From positions 41,540,001 through 41,604,000 of the forward strand of contig OX597825.1 of NCBI GenBank assembly GCA_951406725.2: a DNA stretch of 64,000 nt. Reading direction: 5' to 3'. Under the pieces are notes generated by a model. That model saw only the letters and a list, made by a program, of their open reading frames with translations. It was not told the DNA's origin and made no database searches. Every line of letters begins with the position of its first letter. The stretch's first letter is position 1. This DNA comes from Octopus vulgaris. Its lineage: Eukaryota. The translations under genes and the position numbers were made by a program. Positions 23,440 through 36,419 of this stretch are shown in pieces.

Positions 23440-24650
23440 TATGTGCATATATACATACATATATACATACATATATGTACATACCTACATATATATGGGT
23501 ACTACTTAAGAAGAGTGGTCTCAGTGTGTGCACTCGAGCAAGCTAGTCGTGACTAGTCGATCTTTACTTTGTGTTTTTTTGTTTTATTTACTTTGTTTTA
23601 AAAATTATTTACTTTGTGTAAAAAATTATTTATTTTGTGTTTTATTTACTTTGTTAGGTAGTCGTTGTAGGATCGACTAGTCACGACTAGTTCACGTGGA
23701 TGCACGCACAAGGACCACACTTCTTAAGTAGTACCATATATATGTATATACACATGCATATATGGGTACAGGATATAAAAAAACGTTGAACACAATGAGA
23801 AACGAACTTGTTTTCAAACAACAACAAAAAAAACAGAGAAACGAGACATAAGGAATATTCCCCTTCTTCAGTTGTCCCTGATTCATCTACTCCACATTTC
23901 AAAGGTAAAGACAAGATGTGACTTCGTTGAAACAGTCCTTCCCGCAAAGAAAATTAAATAAAATTTGGCATTTTTTGCGGAGGGTGAAAGTGGTACCAAA
24001 AACAGGACATTGAGAACAAAACAGTAAAAAAAAGAAAAAAGTAAAAACAGTATAAGACAGGACAATGAGAACAAGACTGTAAAAACAAACGATGCAGGTT
24101 TTTAAGCCAAGACGATGGAAAAATTATTCTGAACGCTTAGGGAGACAGCTTATGAAGAGACAGGATAAGCTGGTCTGGGCTTTGTGAAGATAGTAGTTGG
24201 AAAGATGGCTCTCCTCTGATCATGTATCAGCGACGAGAAAGTCGAGGAGAAGGAGGAGGAGGAGTAAAAGAGTGGGAAGGGTGGGAGAGAAAACCAGAAA
24301 GGATGAAGAACAAGAGAGGGAGAGAAAACCAGAAAGGATGAAGAACAAGAGAAGGAGAGAGATAGACAGAAAGTGATAGTAAAGAAGGAGAGTGCGCATC
24401 GTAATTATTACGATAAAACCTACTTGGAAAAGGATGCATGGCATTCGATATAAATATATGCATATATACATATATATATATGTACATACCTACATATATA
24501 TGTATATATACATGCATATATGGGTATAGGACATCAAAAAAATTTGAACACAATGAGAAACGAAAACATAAAACAAAAACATAGAAACGAGACATACAGC
24601 ATAAGGAATATTCCCTTCTTCAGTTATCCCTGTTTCATCTACTCCGCATT
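23440..24650. mobile_element. Non-coding element with partial direct terminal repeats (pLTR-like tandem)
   Basis: 23440-23897 (excluding the nested MITE) is repeated at 24450-24650 (tgaacacaatgagaaacgaa..taaggaatattccc.ttcttcagtt.tccctg.ttcatctactcc). TA-repeat flanks. Confidence 0.65.
23498..23735. mobile_element. Mutator-like (MULE) MITE with ~65-bp TIRs and 9-bp TSD
   Basis: GGTACTACTTAAGAAG..CTAGTCGTGACTAGTCGATC / GATCGACTAGTCACGACTAG..CTTCTTAAGTAGTACC. ATATATATG on both sides; single-copy empty site at 24494-24502. Confidence 0.85.
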
Positions 24651-27649
24651 ATATATATATATATATCGGTATTGCTCACTTAAAATTTTTAATTGGTGGT
24701 AATCATGTATAGCACTATTTCATTTTTTTTAGAAATCATCGTCAAGATATAACTTGACATTAATTAGACATTTTATGAAGTGAGGCTTTCATTAAAAATG
24801 AAGTTAATTATAATCTGGAGGAAATTTATGTGTTTTTCTTTTTCATAGAACGTTAGTAGTTTAGAACTCAAGAGAAAATATAGAACATCGTTAGTATTTA
24901 CATACAGAATAATAACAGTTTCCAAGGGAATACTACCTTGTCAAAACGTCTTGCCAATAATTTCAACTTCAGTGGCAAACAATTCTCCAAGATGTTTTCC
25001 ATTATGTTATTTGAGGTGTAAATAATTGTTTCAAGCTGCTATTTCTTATTGGTAATCCTTTATGTACGTAGTCAAACGAACATCTATTCAAAAACAGACA
25101 AAAATTGACCATTGTTAAATTCTCGTGAAGGCAACTGCAATTTTTCAAATACATGTGGTTCCCTCTAGTGATAGCAGTAAATATAATAATGATAATGAAA
25201 TTATTGTATACACGGAAGATAATCATTCACTACCACCATGCCGTGGGATGGAATTAAAAATTTGTATTTGAAATTAAGGAATTATGAGGAAAAAGATGCA
25301 AAGAATTCACATATTTAACTTATGCTTTATTATGAAGTTTAAGCACACACACACACACACATTTCAATTTAATTTGGGTATTAACCTTCTAGTTTGCTTT
25401 AGAAAGCCTGTTTATTGGTATATATATTCATTTATATAGGTACATAGATCGGTAGATAGATAGATAGATATATATGCTGCAAAAGTATGCTCTTACACAC
25501 ATGTACATATTTTTAAAAATGTACCGCATGTAAATACATAATACATGTGACCATATTTTCTGTACTTTCCATCTTCATTCACTTCTGTACATAAATTTCT
25601 TACCTAACATAAGTCGGCCTGTTCTTATGATTGAATAAAACCTTTGGTTGCCACATTTTCGGCATCTAGATACATACAGCACACTTTATTCAATCTTAAA
25701 AACAATCATGGGTTTGAAAATTTTCTGGAAAACACTTGTTGATGAGCTACCTGACATTTACATTTATTGGCGCAAAATGTGACATGTGTACACTGAGCAA
25801 ATAAAAATACCTGCTGAATTGCATTTAGCTGTTATTTTAGTTCTCTGCAGTGATAAAGCTTATCAAGTTTTCGAAGAGTATCCCTCACTTCACGAAGACC
25901 TCTATTTCCTCGATAAAATGTATATTGTTAACTCGTAGTTATCTTGATAGACAGCACTAGTCCAAGTGGTTATGCAGCCTTTAACACTGCCATATTGTTT
26001 CTCAGAAAAATTTCACGAGAACTGCCAATATGGTAGAACAAATATATGGCAGTCTTCTCTGCCAGCAAAAAGATCTGCTCATTCATGCAATAGTCTTGTA
26101 AATATTTGTGTTTGCATATTTGTCTGCCTGTACAGGAAGTATGGAGTTGCCATTAGTATCACTGGTTTCAGCTAAGGCTGGCTGATGGGGTCATCTTGTT
26201 TTGCTTGCAGTTCATGATCTGCCTCCATTATGGTCCAGCACTTTCTGTGATGCACATCATTGGCTGACTTTTAGTAAGTCCAATTCATCATAGCTGGAAG
26301 CAGGATACAGAAAATGATGACTAGGAGGCAATGACCCTAAGAGTCCTGGATCCTGACTCTTTATAAATAGCACCAGATGTTGGATGTTGAGTTGAGACTG
26401 TGTCTGTGTGACTATCTCTGAACTCCACTCTGGCAAATTGAGCTGAGATAGTTTCTTTGAGAGTTATCTTCTAAACCCAACCTTTTTCTTTCCTCAGAAT
26501 GTGATAACAATGTAGAACTGTACTCGTACTCTCCTTTTGTTGCAGAAATTCCAGAAGAGTTTGATCAAGAGTTTGATTGTCCTGCAAAGCTCAGTAATCT
26601 TACATGAGGAGTCTGGTTTGTTGCCATACAAAGCAAACACCAAAGAGAAGAAAGCACAATATGTAAAACAGCTTCCCAATGTTTTGAGTCCAACCAAAAT
26701 TTTGAAGGGCTAATTTGAAAGTTTGTGGCCAAATCTTGTTAGTTCATTCACACTAGCCATTGTTTGGGGATAAGTATAGTATTGTATATGTCCTACTTAT
26801 GCCATTTCTTCTCAGAATCTCTTCTACCTTTTTACTCTCAAACTCTGTCCCATGATCTGAATGTAGACAAAAGGGTGACTCAAACATGGTAAAAAACAAT
26901 AGCAGATGATCTATCACTGTGTCTGATGACATATCCTAGCAGATGAAGATGAAAGAATATCTTAAGTATTCATCTACTGGGAGAATTGTATACATAAGAT
27001 GACCTTGTGGTGGTTTATGAAAGTTAGGCTTAAATTCCTAGCAAATGGCACAGTTGTCAGGAGTGGATCGCTGACAAAGTGAATGTGACTTGGTGAGATC
27101 TCCAACAAGGCGAGATTGTGTCTTCGACAGTCATGGTATGGCTATGTAGAGCCAGGATGGCACAATTGGTTGTCTTTGTTTCTGAGGTAACTCAGGCCTT
27201 ACGCAACATTACATCACGTTTGTGCATCTGAACTGTAGACAGGTGAATTTGCAAAGTTTTCCAGAGGCTTCAAATGCAGTTGGAGAATAATCAGATGGTT
27301 GAAGTGAGATTTGATAGCTGATGTATTTTATGTCAATTATCGAAAATATGCAATGTCTTGTTACCTTACGGTGGATGTCTTTGTTTGGGTTGTACAGTCA
27401 GGCATCTAATTTTATATATTTTTTCCGAGTATTCAATAGTTGAGCATGGCTTTTTATTGAAGTTAGCTACGAAACATTGAGTATACCACGGACTTCAATT
27501 GTACTGAATCATTCCTTCATTTTGTAGACGCTTTATTTTCGTCTTAATAAAATGTTCATGTTGTCTATTATTTCTTGTGGAAATTGGTTTAATTTCCTCA
27601 ACGTCTACTCCTGACATGAGACACAGTGCTCCCTTGTTAAGTGTTTTAA

Positions 27650-27960
27650 GAATGAGCCAGTACAACGTAGGTGGTAATGTACTGCCAAACTGCAGTTAAA
27701 CTGAAGTGTGAAGGTACCATCTCCCCCATTTAAAGTCAGGACCAGGTACTGCAATAGCCTAGGGTTCAAAGGCCTACAGCTCTTTAATGTTCAGCCAAAA
27801 AAATTAAGACACCTACACAATGTGCACATGGATGTCATCATAAAGGAACTAGATATTCTCTTATACATGATATTGGATGAACCAAAGGTCCAGGATGAGG
27901 TATAGATGAGGACAGCAGTGTCAAACACCCTTGTACACCAAATGGGCCATTAACCGAGGA
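27650..27960 (+). mobile_element. CR1/L2-group LINE 3' coding end
   Basis: RTRYCNSLGFKGLQLFNVQPKKLR..VIIKELDILL..ILDEP resembles the C-terminal G..LFN.LP..LR...FK..LD..L...PDEP motif. Confidence 0.7.
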
Positions 27961-28105
27961 AGAAACAGAAACAGGAGTGGTGAAATGAAATCCCACCATC
28001 CTGAAGAAATCAGCCAAAGAAGAATGATATTTAAGAGTACAAAATCATGGTGGTGCTCCCACATGTGAACTACCACATGGCTGAAATGAATGAAAGGATA
28101 GAATA

Positions 28106-28258
28106 GTGGCTGTGTGGTAAGAAACTTGCTTCCCAACTACATGGTTCCAGGTTCAGTCCCACTGCATGCCACTTTGGGCAAGTGTCTTCTACGCTAGCCT
28201 TGGGCCAGCCAAAGCCTTGTGAGTAGATTTGATAGACAGAAACTGAAAGAAGCCTGTC

Positions 28259-28303
<45 letters not shown>

Positions 28304-28492
28304 AATAAGTATTTATCTATGTTTGTGTCTGTGTTTGTCCCCACCATCACCAATTGACATCCCTGTAATCTAGCGGTTCAGCAAAAGATACTGATAGAAT
28401 AAGTACTAGGTTTAAAAAATAAGTCCTGGGGTCAATTTGTTTGAAGAAAACCCCTTGAGGCAGTGCTCCAAATGACTGAAACAAGTTGAAGA
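28106..28492 (+). mobile_element. Bipartite tRNA-headed SINE (head, internal (TA)n, tail)
   Basis: TGGCTGTGTGGTAAG A-box, GGTTCAGTCCC B-box, ttgggcaagtgtcttcta, internal TA repeat, tail tagcggttcagcaaaaga..gactgaaacaag. Multiple copies in the window. Confidence 0.85.
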
Positions 28493-30798
28493 ATATATAT
28501 ATAGTATTTCCTGGGTTCAATTTATAGCATTGCATGTTAAGTAAATGCTACTGTCTATAGTTTTGAGTAAAGGCATGCCCTATGAGTGAAATTTGGTAGA
28601 CAGAGGTGTTTTTAAATTATTGTTGCCCCCATATTTCATTTGATACCCCTATGTCACACACCACTGTGTCATACTAATTCTGCCTGAAAATTTCATAAAA
28701 GTCTTGTAGGTCTGTTGAATGCTGACCCACTTACACATTAATCCAGGAGCTGATAATTCAGTTGATCAAACAAAGGAAACCTATTGTCAAGAGGCAAAGA
28801 TACATATACACATACATGTATGAGACTGAGAGAAAGAGAGTGGTAAACAGACAATCTGGAAGATAGACATATAAGCATATACATAAATACAAAGACACAC
28901 ATGACTACATAATCTATAAAATTATATGTGCATATATGTTTCTTACAGGATAAAACATATGTGCATGTGTGTCTGTTTGTGTTTATACACATGCATAGAA
29001 ACATGAAAGACAGAAGAGAGAGTGAGAGAGAAGTAAAGTTGTTGCTACAGAAAATGTTGTCCATGTTGCAGTTCTTCAAAGCTAACATTACTATTGAGTT
29101 TATTGTTCCCTTCAAATCAAAACAGCAACATGGAGAATTTTGTGTTTCACTGCCGGAATTCTTTTCAGATTGAATACTTTCAAGATGATTTGCAAAACAT
29201 CATTCATTCAGTACTAAGAGGCCAAGAGAAAGTAGAAATTCTTTGAGGAAAGGGAAAATATATTATTTAGTTATATCACTGTATTGATGTGATGTTGCTA
29301 CAAAGATATTGCACACTGAATAATAGCACCAGATGGTATTTAAAAAAATGTCATTAATTTGTGATTCTGCTGTACATAACTGAAAAAAATATATATATGG
29401 CAGAGAAAAATATTCATTCACTGTCAGTTCATTATCCATAGAAAAAAAACAACCACATATTTCAAAGAAACATGGATATATACAGATTCTAGTCTTATTA
29501 TTTTCTTCTTTTTATCATTTAGATGTCTTCAGTTTTGTGCAATTATGGTATTTTCGTTTTGTTGGTTTGCCAGGAAATTCTGCAGTAATTTTCTTTTGGG
29601 GAATCAATGATACAGGAAGTAATGGGAAAGTTGTGTCTTCACTGTAAAAAGATTCAAATTATTTCTAATCAGAAATATATGAGGTCTCTTAGGAAGGTGA
29701 ACATTAATGCAATTTAGATAACAATCTTTGATTAGTGCACTTTCGGAAAGTGTATTTTCAAATGTTTTGTCATGATATATTCAGATAAAAATCTTTGCAA
29801 CTACTGATTATAACAAAAAAGTGTGTAAATCAGGGATCAAAACCTTCCTTCTCATTTATTTATTAAAGATAGTTACTAGTTTCCATTTCCTTGTCGAAGG
29901 TTAACAATTGCTAACTATATCTGCACTAAATCTGTATTCACATAAAAACGTATTGTATCATTTTCTTGCATGATGAGTAGCAAATTTGTAGCCTTCTCTT
30001 TGGTGTTGTGTACTCTTGTATACATGATGCTGGACTTAATTTCCATTACTTATCTGCAAGCTGAGGCGAGAGAAAGACAGACAATTTGAGTGTTAGATAG
30101 CAAGGGAATAACTCTAATATTTCAGGACTAACCATTTCTATAATTCTGCCTCATTCTCCTACTTAATTGTTTACATTTCTTACCTTAAACAAGGTCAAGG
30201 TCAGAACATCTAGTATGAAGGAAATAAGTGCTAGTTATGTAGAATAAATTTCATACATGAAATAAATTAAGCATATCCCTTAATAGTAACTGTTGTAAAG
30301 TGACCTTTTAACACTGTTGTATCTATCTTTTGATGATGGTTGTTGCTCTGACAGATATTGTTATATTCCAAAGTCGTTGATAGAATGGTTCTATCGGGCC
30401 CTGTACAACCCCCAGTCACACAGTGTTATTATCCCCAAAAGGTTGGACTGTTATAACATCCATTCACTATCACAGTTTAATTATTATATCAGCACAGACA
30501 TGACTATCAACACAGTCTACACTTATTCTCAACCTTCTACCTTCTTCCTGTCGACTGGCTACTGGTCTGTTTGTAATGGCTGGTTACTTCCACTTTTTAC
30601 TGGGAGGGGTGTACAGTTTCACTATACAACAGTATCTTAAGCCTTGTATCTATCATGGCTCTACAGCATCATTAGGCAAGAGCTAGTTCCTTTCTGTTTC
30701 TGTTGAAGAAAATACAATATTCTCCTATCCTCAGTATGCCACTTCATCCCAGGGCCAACCCGCTGCTGTTGCTGGTGCTATTATTAACTGAGTGGGTT

Positions 30799-31035
30799 AT
30801 CATCATCATCATTGTTCGACCGTGGTCGAGACAATGGAATTTACCATGTTGCGCCAGACTTCACGGTCCATCATAGCATCCTGTTGTTGGATGCCTGTAT
30901 CCCTGGAGATTACATCAGGGTAGGAGAGTGTGCGCCCTCTGGTGTTGCGAGTAGATGGCTTCCAGAGAAGAAGAGTAGAAATTACTTCTTTTTCAGCTCT
31001 ACAACAATGTCCAGCAAACTGGACTCTGTGGGTTA
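30799..31035 (-). mobile_element. 3' end of a second RTE-like LINE family
   Basis: RVQFAGHCCRAEKEVISTLLLWKP..RGRTLSYPDVISRDTG..AMMDREVWRNMV followed directly by (GAT)n. Confidence 0.8.
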
Positions 31036-31042
31036 TAGCAAT

Positions 31043-31128
31043 GTGAAATAAAAAGTTTTGCCTCAAGAACACAACACATACCCTGTCAGAGAATTGAAAC
31101 TACAACTTTACAATCACAAGTTCAATAC
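31043..31128 (-). mobile_element. SINE head fragment
   Basis: Reverse complement resembles 41060-41150 (tgtgttgtgttcttgag.caa.ac). Confidence 0.5.
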
Positions 31129-31423
31129 CAGTGTAGGTTTTGCAATATTTGTATTTTAAGTTCTCTTTTTCTTTGTCTTCTTCTCTCCAGGTAATCTACA
31201 TTAGAGCATATTAGTAATTAGTATGAGAGGTTTACTGTAAGCTGTATCAACTACAATATTTTATCTTCACCAGAAATTTTAGCAGATCAAGGATGTTCTT
31301 GAGTCTTATCACTCATTTTTAGACTTTCCTGAGGATGGATCAGCAAAACTGATCTCTTACCTTCTTTATTTATAAATAGATTCCTGGCCTTACATTTCTA
31401 GAAACTTGACTGATAACTTTACA

Positions 31424-31512
31424 CAAACACACACATGCTCACTCACTCACTCACTCACTCACTCACTCACTCATTCACTCATTCACTCACTCACTCTCCC
31501 CCTCTCACTCTC
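31424..31512. repeat. (CTCA)n microsatellite
   Basis: Directly visible. Confidence 0.9.
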
Positions 31513-33969
31513 TTAAACTTAGTGGGATTGAGCCTGTGTTTTCTCAGGCTACGTCTAACTTAATAGCTTTACTTGATGAAGTTTTTAAGTCTTATTTTAG
31601 GGCACTACAGCACATTCAGTAGAAAGTTGTTGATTGAAACATATCTAGATCTCAGTCTGAAGAAATTGTCTAGATAGTCTTTCAATGTTGTTTTCTATTT
31701 CATTGGTTTGTTTTGGAATAGTGCTCAATACAACAAGGCCAGCTGAACTAAAACCTGTGTTACAATGTAGTTACATAATGTGAGCTTGTCTTTTTTGCAG
31801 GAGAACATAGCACAAGTGTTCAGCTGTAACTGTTATTTAAAATTGATGCTAATATTACTTGGTCATTGCTAAGGTGACGAGCTGGCAGAATTGTTAACTT
31901 GCTGCACTAAATATTTAGCTGCATTTTGTCTGGGATGTTACCCCCACTCCCTTAGTAGCTAGCCTTGGGCCAAAATTTGAAACCAGTGTTACTTGGACAT
32001 TGTTGACAAACTATTTCCTACAATGTACAAATGAAATTATGCTCACAGTGACTCTGGAGAGAATAGAGTTGCATTGTTTTTTTTTTCTTTTTTGAAATTG
32101 CGGTCAGAGTTACTTAACTTCTCACAATATTTTGTTATAAATCTGTTGAATCCAGAGTAAGCAATATTAACCAAGAAAAGATATTGCAAAGGTAGAAAAT
32201 AAAACGACAATAGCATCATGATCTCTGAGTTTCTTGGGTATAAGGATGCAGGGGCATGTCCTGTAAACTATGTTGACCTTATCATCAATATAAGTGCTCC
32301 AGCTAAGGTTGTTGTCAACAGTTATACCTAAATTTCTAACATAATTGAATGTTACGAAAGGGAAGATAATATTGTTCTTTAATTGAATCTTCTCTTCTAA
32401 TGTGATTGCATTTCAACTTTTCCTGCTTTTGTTTCTTTTTTCCTGCCCATTCACAGCAAATAGAGTGGAATAAAGTTAAACTTGATCACTTACTCTGCTG
32501 ATGACTTTCTGAAGTTTAGAGTCAGCTGTGAAATTTGCATTTAAGAATCTTTGACTACATTTATGACATTGTTTATATAAATTACAAAGTAAAGTGTGCA
32601 TAGCAACATACCTTGAGGGACACTACAAGTAGTGAGTTTGAGTGGACTTGATATAGGACATTATGTGCCTGTTTTATTTGAAAACATTGCAATAGATTTC
32701 CATGAAATCAGATGATGAATAGTTTTTCAAAAGACTGCTGTAGTTATTTATGACAAGTTTTTGATGGTGTCAAGGTTTTTGTACCCTCTTCAAAAGTGGT
32801 GTAGAAGCTACCCTACTTAGTCTCTGCCATGGTTAAAGCATGTTAGGATTTTTCAATTTTTTTTTTTTTTTTTTTTTTTTCAAGTCAGTTATTCTTGATC
32901 TTTTCACCTTCTCAAATCCTCATCATCATCGTTTAACACCTGCCTGCCATATTGGCACGGGTGGGACAATGATATCAGAGAAGATAATTCAGATAGTAAT
33001 TTATTGCAAAAGAATTATTTCTATTTTTGAAAAGTGTGACAATCATCTGTGATAAAAAATGTTCAGATCTGTAACATGCATTCAGTGATTATAGCTAAGG
33101 AGGATGTATGAAGACATAAAACTTCCATCAGGATGTGAGCAGTGAACTTATAAGAGACCACTACTGTGTTATATTTAATTTTATTTGTTTTATTTGTTAT
33201 TTAATTTAATTTATTTATTTATTATGATGTCCAGGGTGCCAAAATTTAAGCTCAGTAATGATATGTTGGTGGGGAGAGGTTGTAGTGGTGGTGGTTGCAG
33301 GGGTGGGGTGGTGAGGGTTGTGGTGGTGGTGTGGGTTGTGGTGCTGGTGGTAGGTTACTCCTTTTACAAATTCTCACATCAGGATTGTTAAAAATAGTAC
33401 AGTATCGCATCTGCAAAATGTCCTCCATTTTCTGAGTATTGTGAGAAATAATATTTTCATAAATCAATTGGACTAATACATGACACACAGTCATATGCTT
33501 TCTATCAAATGAGTAGAATACTTTGGGATTCTATTTAACATTATGCTGACTCAGTCTTCCTCAGCAGCCTTTGCCTTGGTATTGATAGCTCTCGGGTTGT
33601 TCTGAAGATTATATTTCTTTTTAAGTGTTGCTTTTGATGCAACATGTGTGTGTGTGTGTGTGTGTGTATGCTGCTGGTAGTATTTTAGTGGAGTTGATTT
33701 TCTTTTGTTTAACTTTATTTTTCTAATGGTGGTGGCCCTCCTTGGGAGCCTGAAGCTATTTTTCTTTGTGAGTCATGCTGGGGGCATGATTTAAATGTAT
33801 GCTGATGACTGCATCCTCAAATGTCTGCCAAAATATTCTGACATCAAAAGAGCTGAGTGTAAAAGATAAGTGATAGTTCATGTATAATTCCTCACCATAT
33901 TTTCTTCATGCAGGTTCGCATTGCTGAATGCTTGGGTGAGTTGGTTTGATGCTGCGATGAGTGGCTCCA

Positions 33970-33989
33970 TATGTGTGTGTGTGTGTGTG

Positions 33990-34025
<36 letters not shown>

Positions 34026-34037
34026 TAATTATATATA

Positions 34038-34073
<36 letters not shown>

Positions 34074-34140
34074 CTCACACACACACATATATATATACAT
34101 ACACACATACACATCATATATGTATATAATTATGATATAT
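33970..34140. repeat. Compound (TG)n/(TA)n/(CA)n microsatellite
   Basis: Directly visible. Confidence 0.9.
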
Positions 34141-34689
34141 AAAGAAACATGTGTACACACCTACCTTCTTCTTTTGAGGCAATTAGATTGTCGTTCTATT
34201 AATGGTAATATCAATCTTAGAATATTTTTGATTTTTTTCTCTTTTGCATTTTGTCTTAATTACTACCAGACAATTTTTCTAACCTTCTTTGAAAGTGGAT
34301 GAATATAATTTTAATAAATCAAGACTGTATCATATATGCTTTGTTATTCACATGTATAAGAATGGGTATTCTGATTTATCATAGTTCATTTGATTTTTAT
34401 TTACTCTCTCTCTCTGTCTATCTATCTCTCACACAGCCATACACAAACATATATACACACAAAAGCAGCATGTGTGTGTGTGTGTGTGAATGTATGCATG
34501 AATGTATATATGTATGTACAGAAAAGAGAAAACAAGAGTGATTAATTTAACTATTTCATTCTTTTAGGAAGATTTGAATGACTCAACTTTACAAATACTA
34601 TATTTTTGGATGGAATAATATATCACAGCATGTGTATGTACATATACACGCATGCACACACACACACACACATAGCTTGATCACTAAAT

Positions 34690-34856
34690 CTCCAGGTTTT
34701 TTTGTTATTTCTCTGTTTATTTTCTCTTATTTCTTTCTGTTGAAGAGCGTAGGCTTGAAACATAAAAGAGTTCTCTTTCCTGAGAGTCAAACTAATACAT
34801 CTGTTTATTGTTCATACACCTGTCTTCATCTTTTGTTTTACTGTAAATTTCAGCTC
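34690..34856 (+). mobile_element. Solo pLTR of the PLE family at 44791-46246
   Basis: Collinear with the reverse complement of 44791-44950 (ctttctgt.gaag.g.gtaggct.gaaac.taaaaga..ttcctgag..actaata..cacctg.cttc.tcttttgttt). Confidence 0.8.
34732..34769 (+). ncRNA. Hammerhead-like motif with non-canonical core
   Basis: tcttt-CTGTTGAA-GAGC gtag GCTT-GAAA-ca-TA-aaaga. Confidence 0.6.
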
Positions 34857-34860
34857 TATG

Positions 34861-34919
<59 letters not shown>

Positions 34920-35372
34920 CCCATCCATGCTAGCATGAAAGGCAGATGTTAAATGATGATATATATATATATATATATATATATATGACCCTGAATGGGA
35001 AGATCTGCAAACAGATCTCTGACTTATTTTGGAGAATTTGCTGCAATTACCTCCTCCAGAGTCATATCCCTATGATGATCATATTCGTCACAAAAAATTA
35101 TATACAAGAAATCACTGTAAACAATTGCAGTAATGGAAACATAGGAATGAGAAATTTAAGGATTTAAGGATTGCATATTTTTGTAACGTTCGAAAATTAA
35201 TAATTCATTCATACCTTTGAAAATGCTTGTTTTGTGTTCCAAATTTGTTTAATGCTTGCATGTATAATATAATTTATTCAGTATAAATTTCATTGGATTT
35301 CTTCCACGGTTATCAGAGTAATGGCAATTTTACTGAAATTTTTTAGGGGTGTAATGTCTCTCCTGTGAGATA

Positions 35373-35375
<3 letters not shown>

Positions 35376-35428
<53 letters not shown>

Positions 35429-35600
35429 GCATATATATATGTGTGTGTGTGTGTGTATATGTGCATGTATGTATATGTTCATATATATGTATGTATGTAT
35501 ATATATATATATACATATATAGATACATATATACGTACATATACATACATGCACACACACACACACACATATATGTGTGTGTGTGTGTGTGTGTGTGTAC
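35376..35600. repeat. Compound (TA)n/(TG)n/(CA)n microsatellite
   Basis: Directly visible. Confidence 0.9.
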
Positions 35601-36419
35601 ATGTTTCCAACCTAATCTAAACCTCATTTTACAGAGCAAATTATAATAACTATTATTATTCATTAATTTATCTATGTACCTGCACAGTTTCATTCATTCA
35701 TTGCTGTATGTTATAATAAACTTAAGAAACCCCATGTTCAATTCAGTTCTTTCTCACTTTGACACTCATTACAATTATTATTGTTGTTATCCATTCATTT
35801 ATTTCTCTGTCTTTGTCACAATGTTTGGCTTACTCCATTCTCTGGGGTTATAGACATAGTTAAAGGTAAGAATGCAAATTTTCAATTGTTTCACTCTATA
35901 ATGCTCTTTACAATTATTATTGTTATTCATTTAGCAGTATGTTATAGCAAAGTTAAGAAATCCAATGTTTCAGTTCTGTTTACTTTTGCTCTAAATCTCG
36001 AAAATTCCATCTCTTCATGTTTTGCTTTCGACCAGCCCTAATTGTGGAAAATTTCACTGCTCTCCCTCTCTCTCTCAGTTTCATTAACCAGTTGCTTTTC
36101 CCATGTTGATTGTCAATTAGTTGCTCGCTTTGTCTTTGGCTATGCCACATCGGCTTCTTCTAGGTAATAGGGCAGCCACAGTGTTTTGCCAGTCGCTGTG
36201 TGCCCCCCTCACCATCCTACCCCACGCCCACTACCTATACTGGAAGTCTTTATCCTTTGACTTCTACTGGATGTCTTTTTCCTGAACACCTCTAATAGCT
36301 TACTATAGGGAATACTTACTCCCCCCAACTTCCCACTCCATCCCTACCTAGTGTCTATCTCCTGTTGAATGTAGTGATTATGTAGCAAATAAAATGGTGG
36401 TGTAGTGTATGCTGGTTGG

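Noticed and set aside
23843-23940. Hammerhead on the minus strand of the direct repeat
   Set aside because: CTGAAGA plus hairpin is not followed by GAAA and UH in either copy, so it is not called as a ribozyme.
25950-27300. Possible old LINE remnant or promoter region
   Set aside because: Slightly higher GC and CpG only; no motif that could be assigned.
29608-29696. Possible first coding exon MIQEVMGKLCLHCKKIQIISNQKYMRSLRK
   Set aside because: Weak donor, no compatible downstream coding exon found and no homology recognised.
34983-35135. Protein-like frame YDPEWEDLQTDL*LILENLLQLPPPESYPYDDHIRHKK
   Set aside because: In-frame stops, no splice context and no recognised family.
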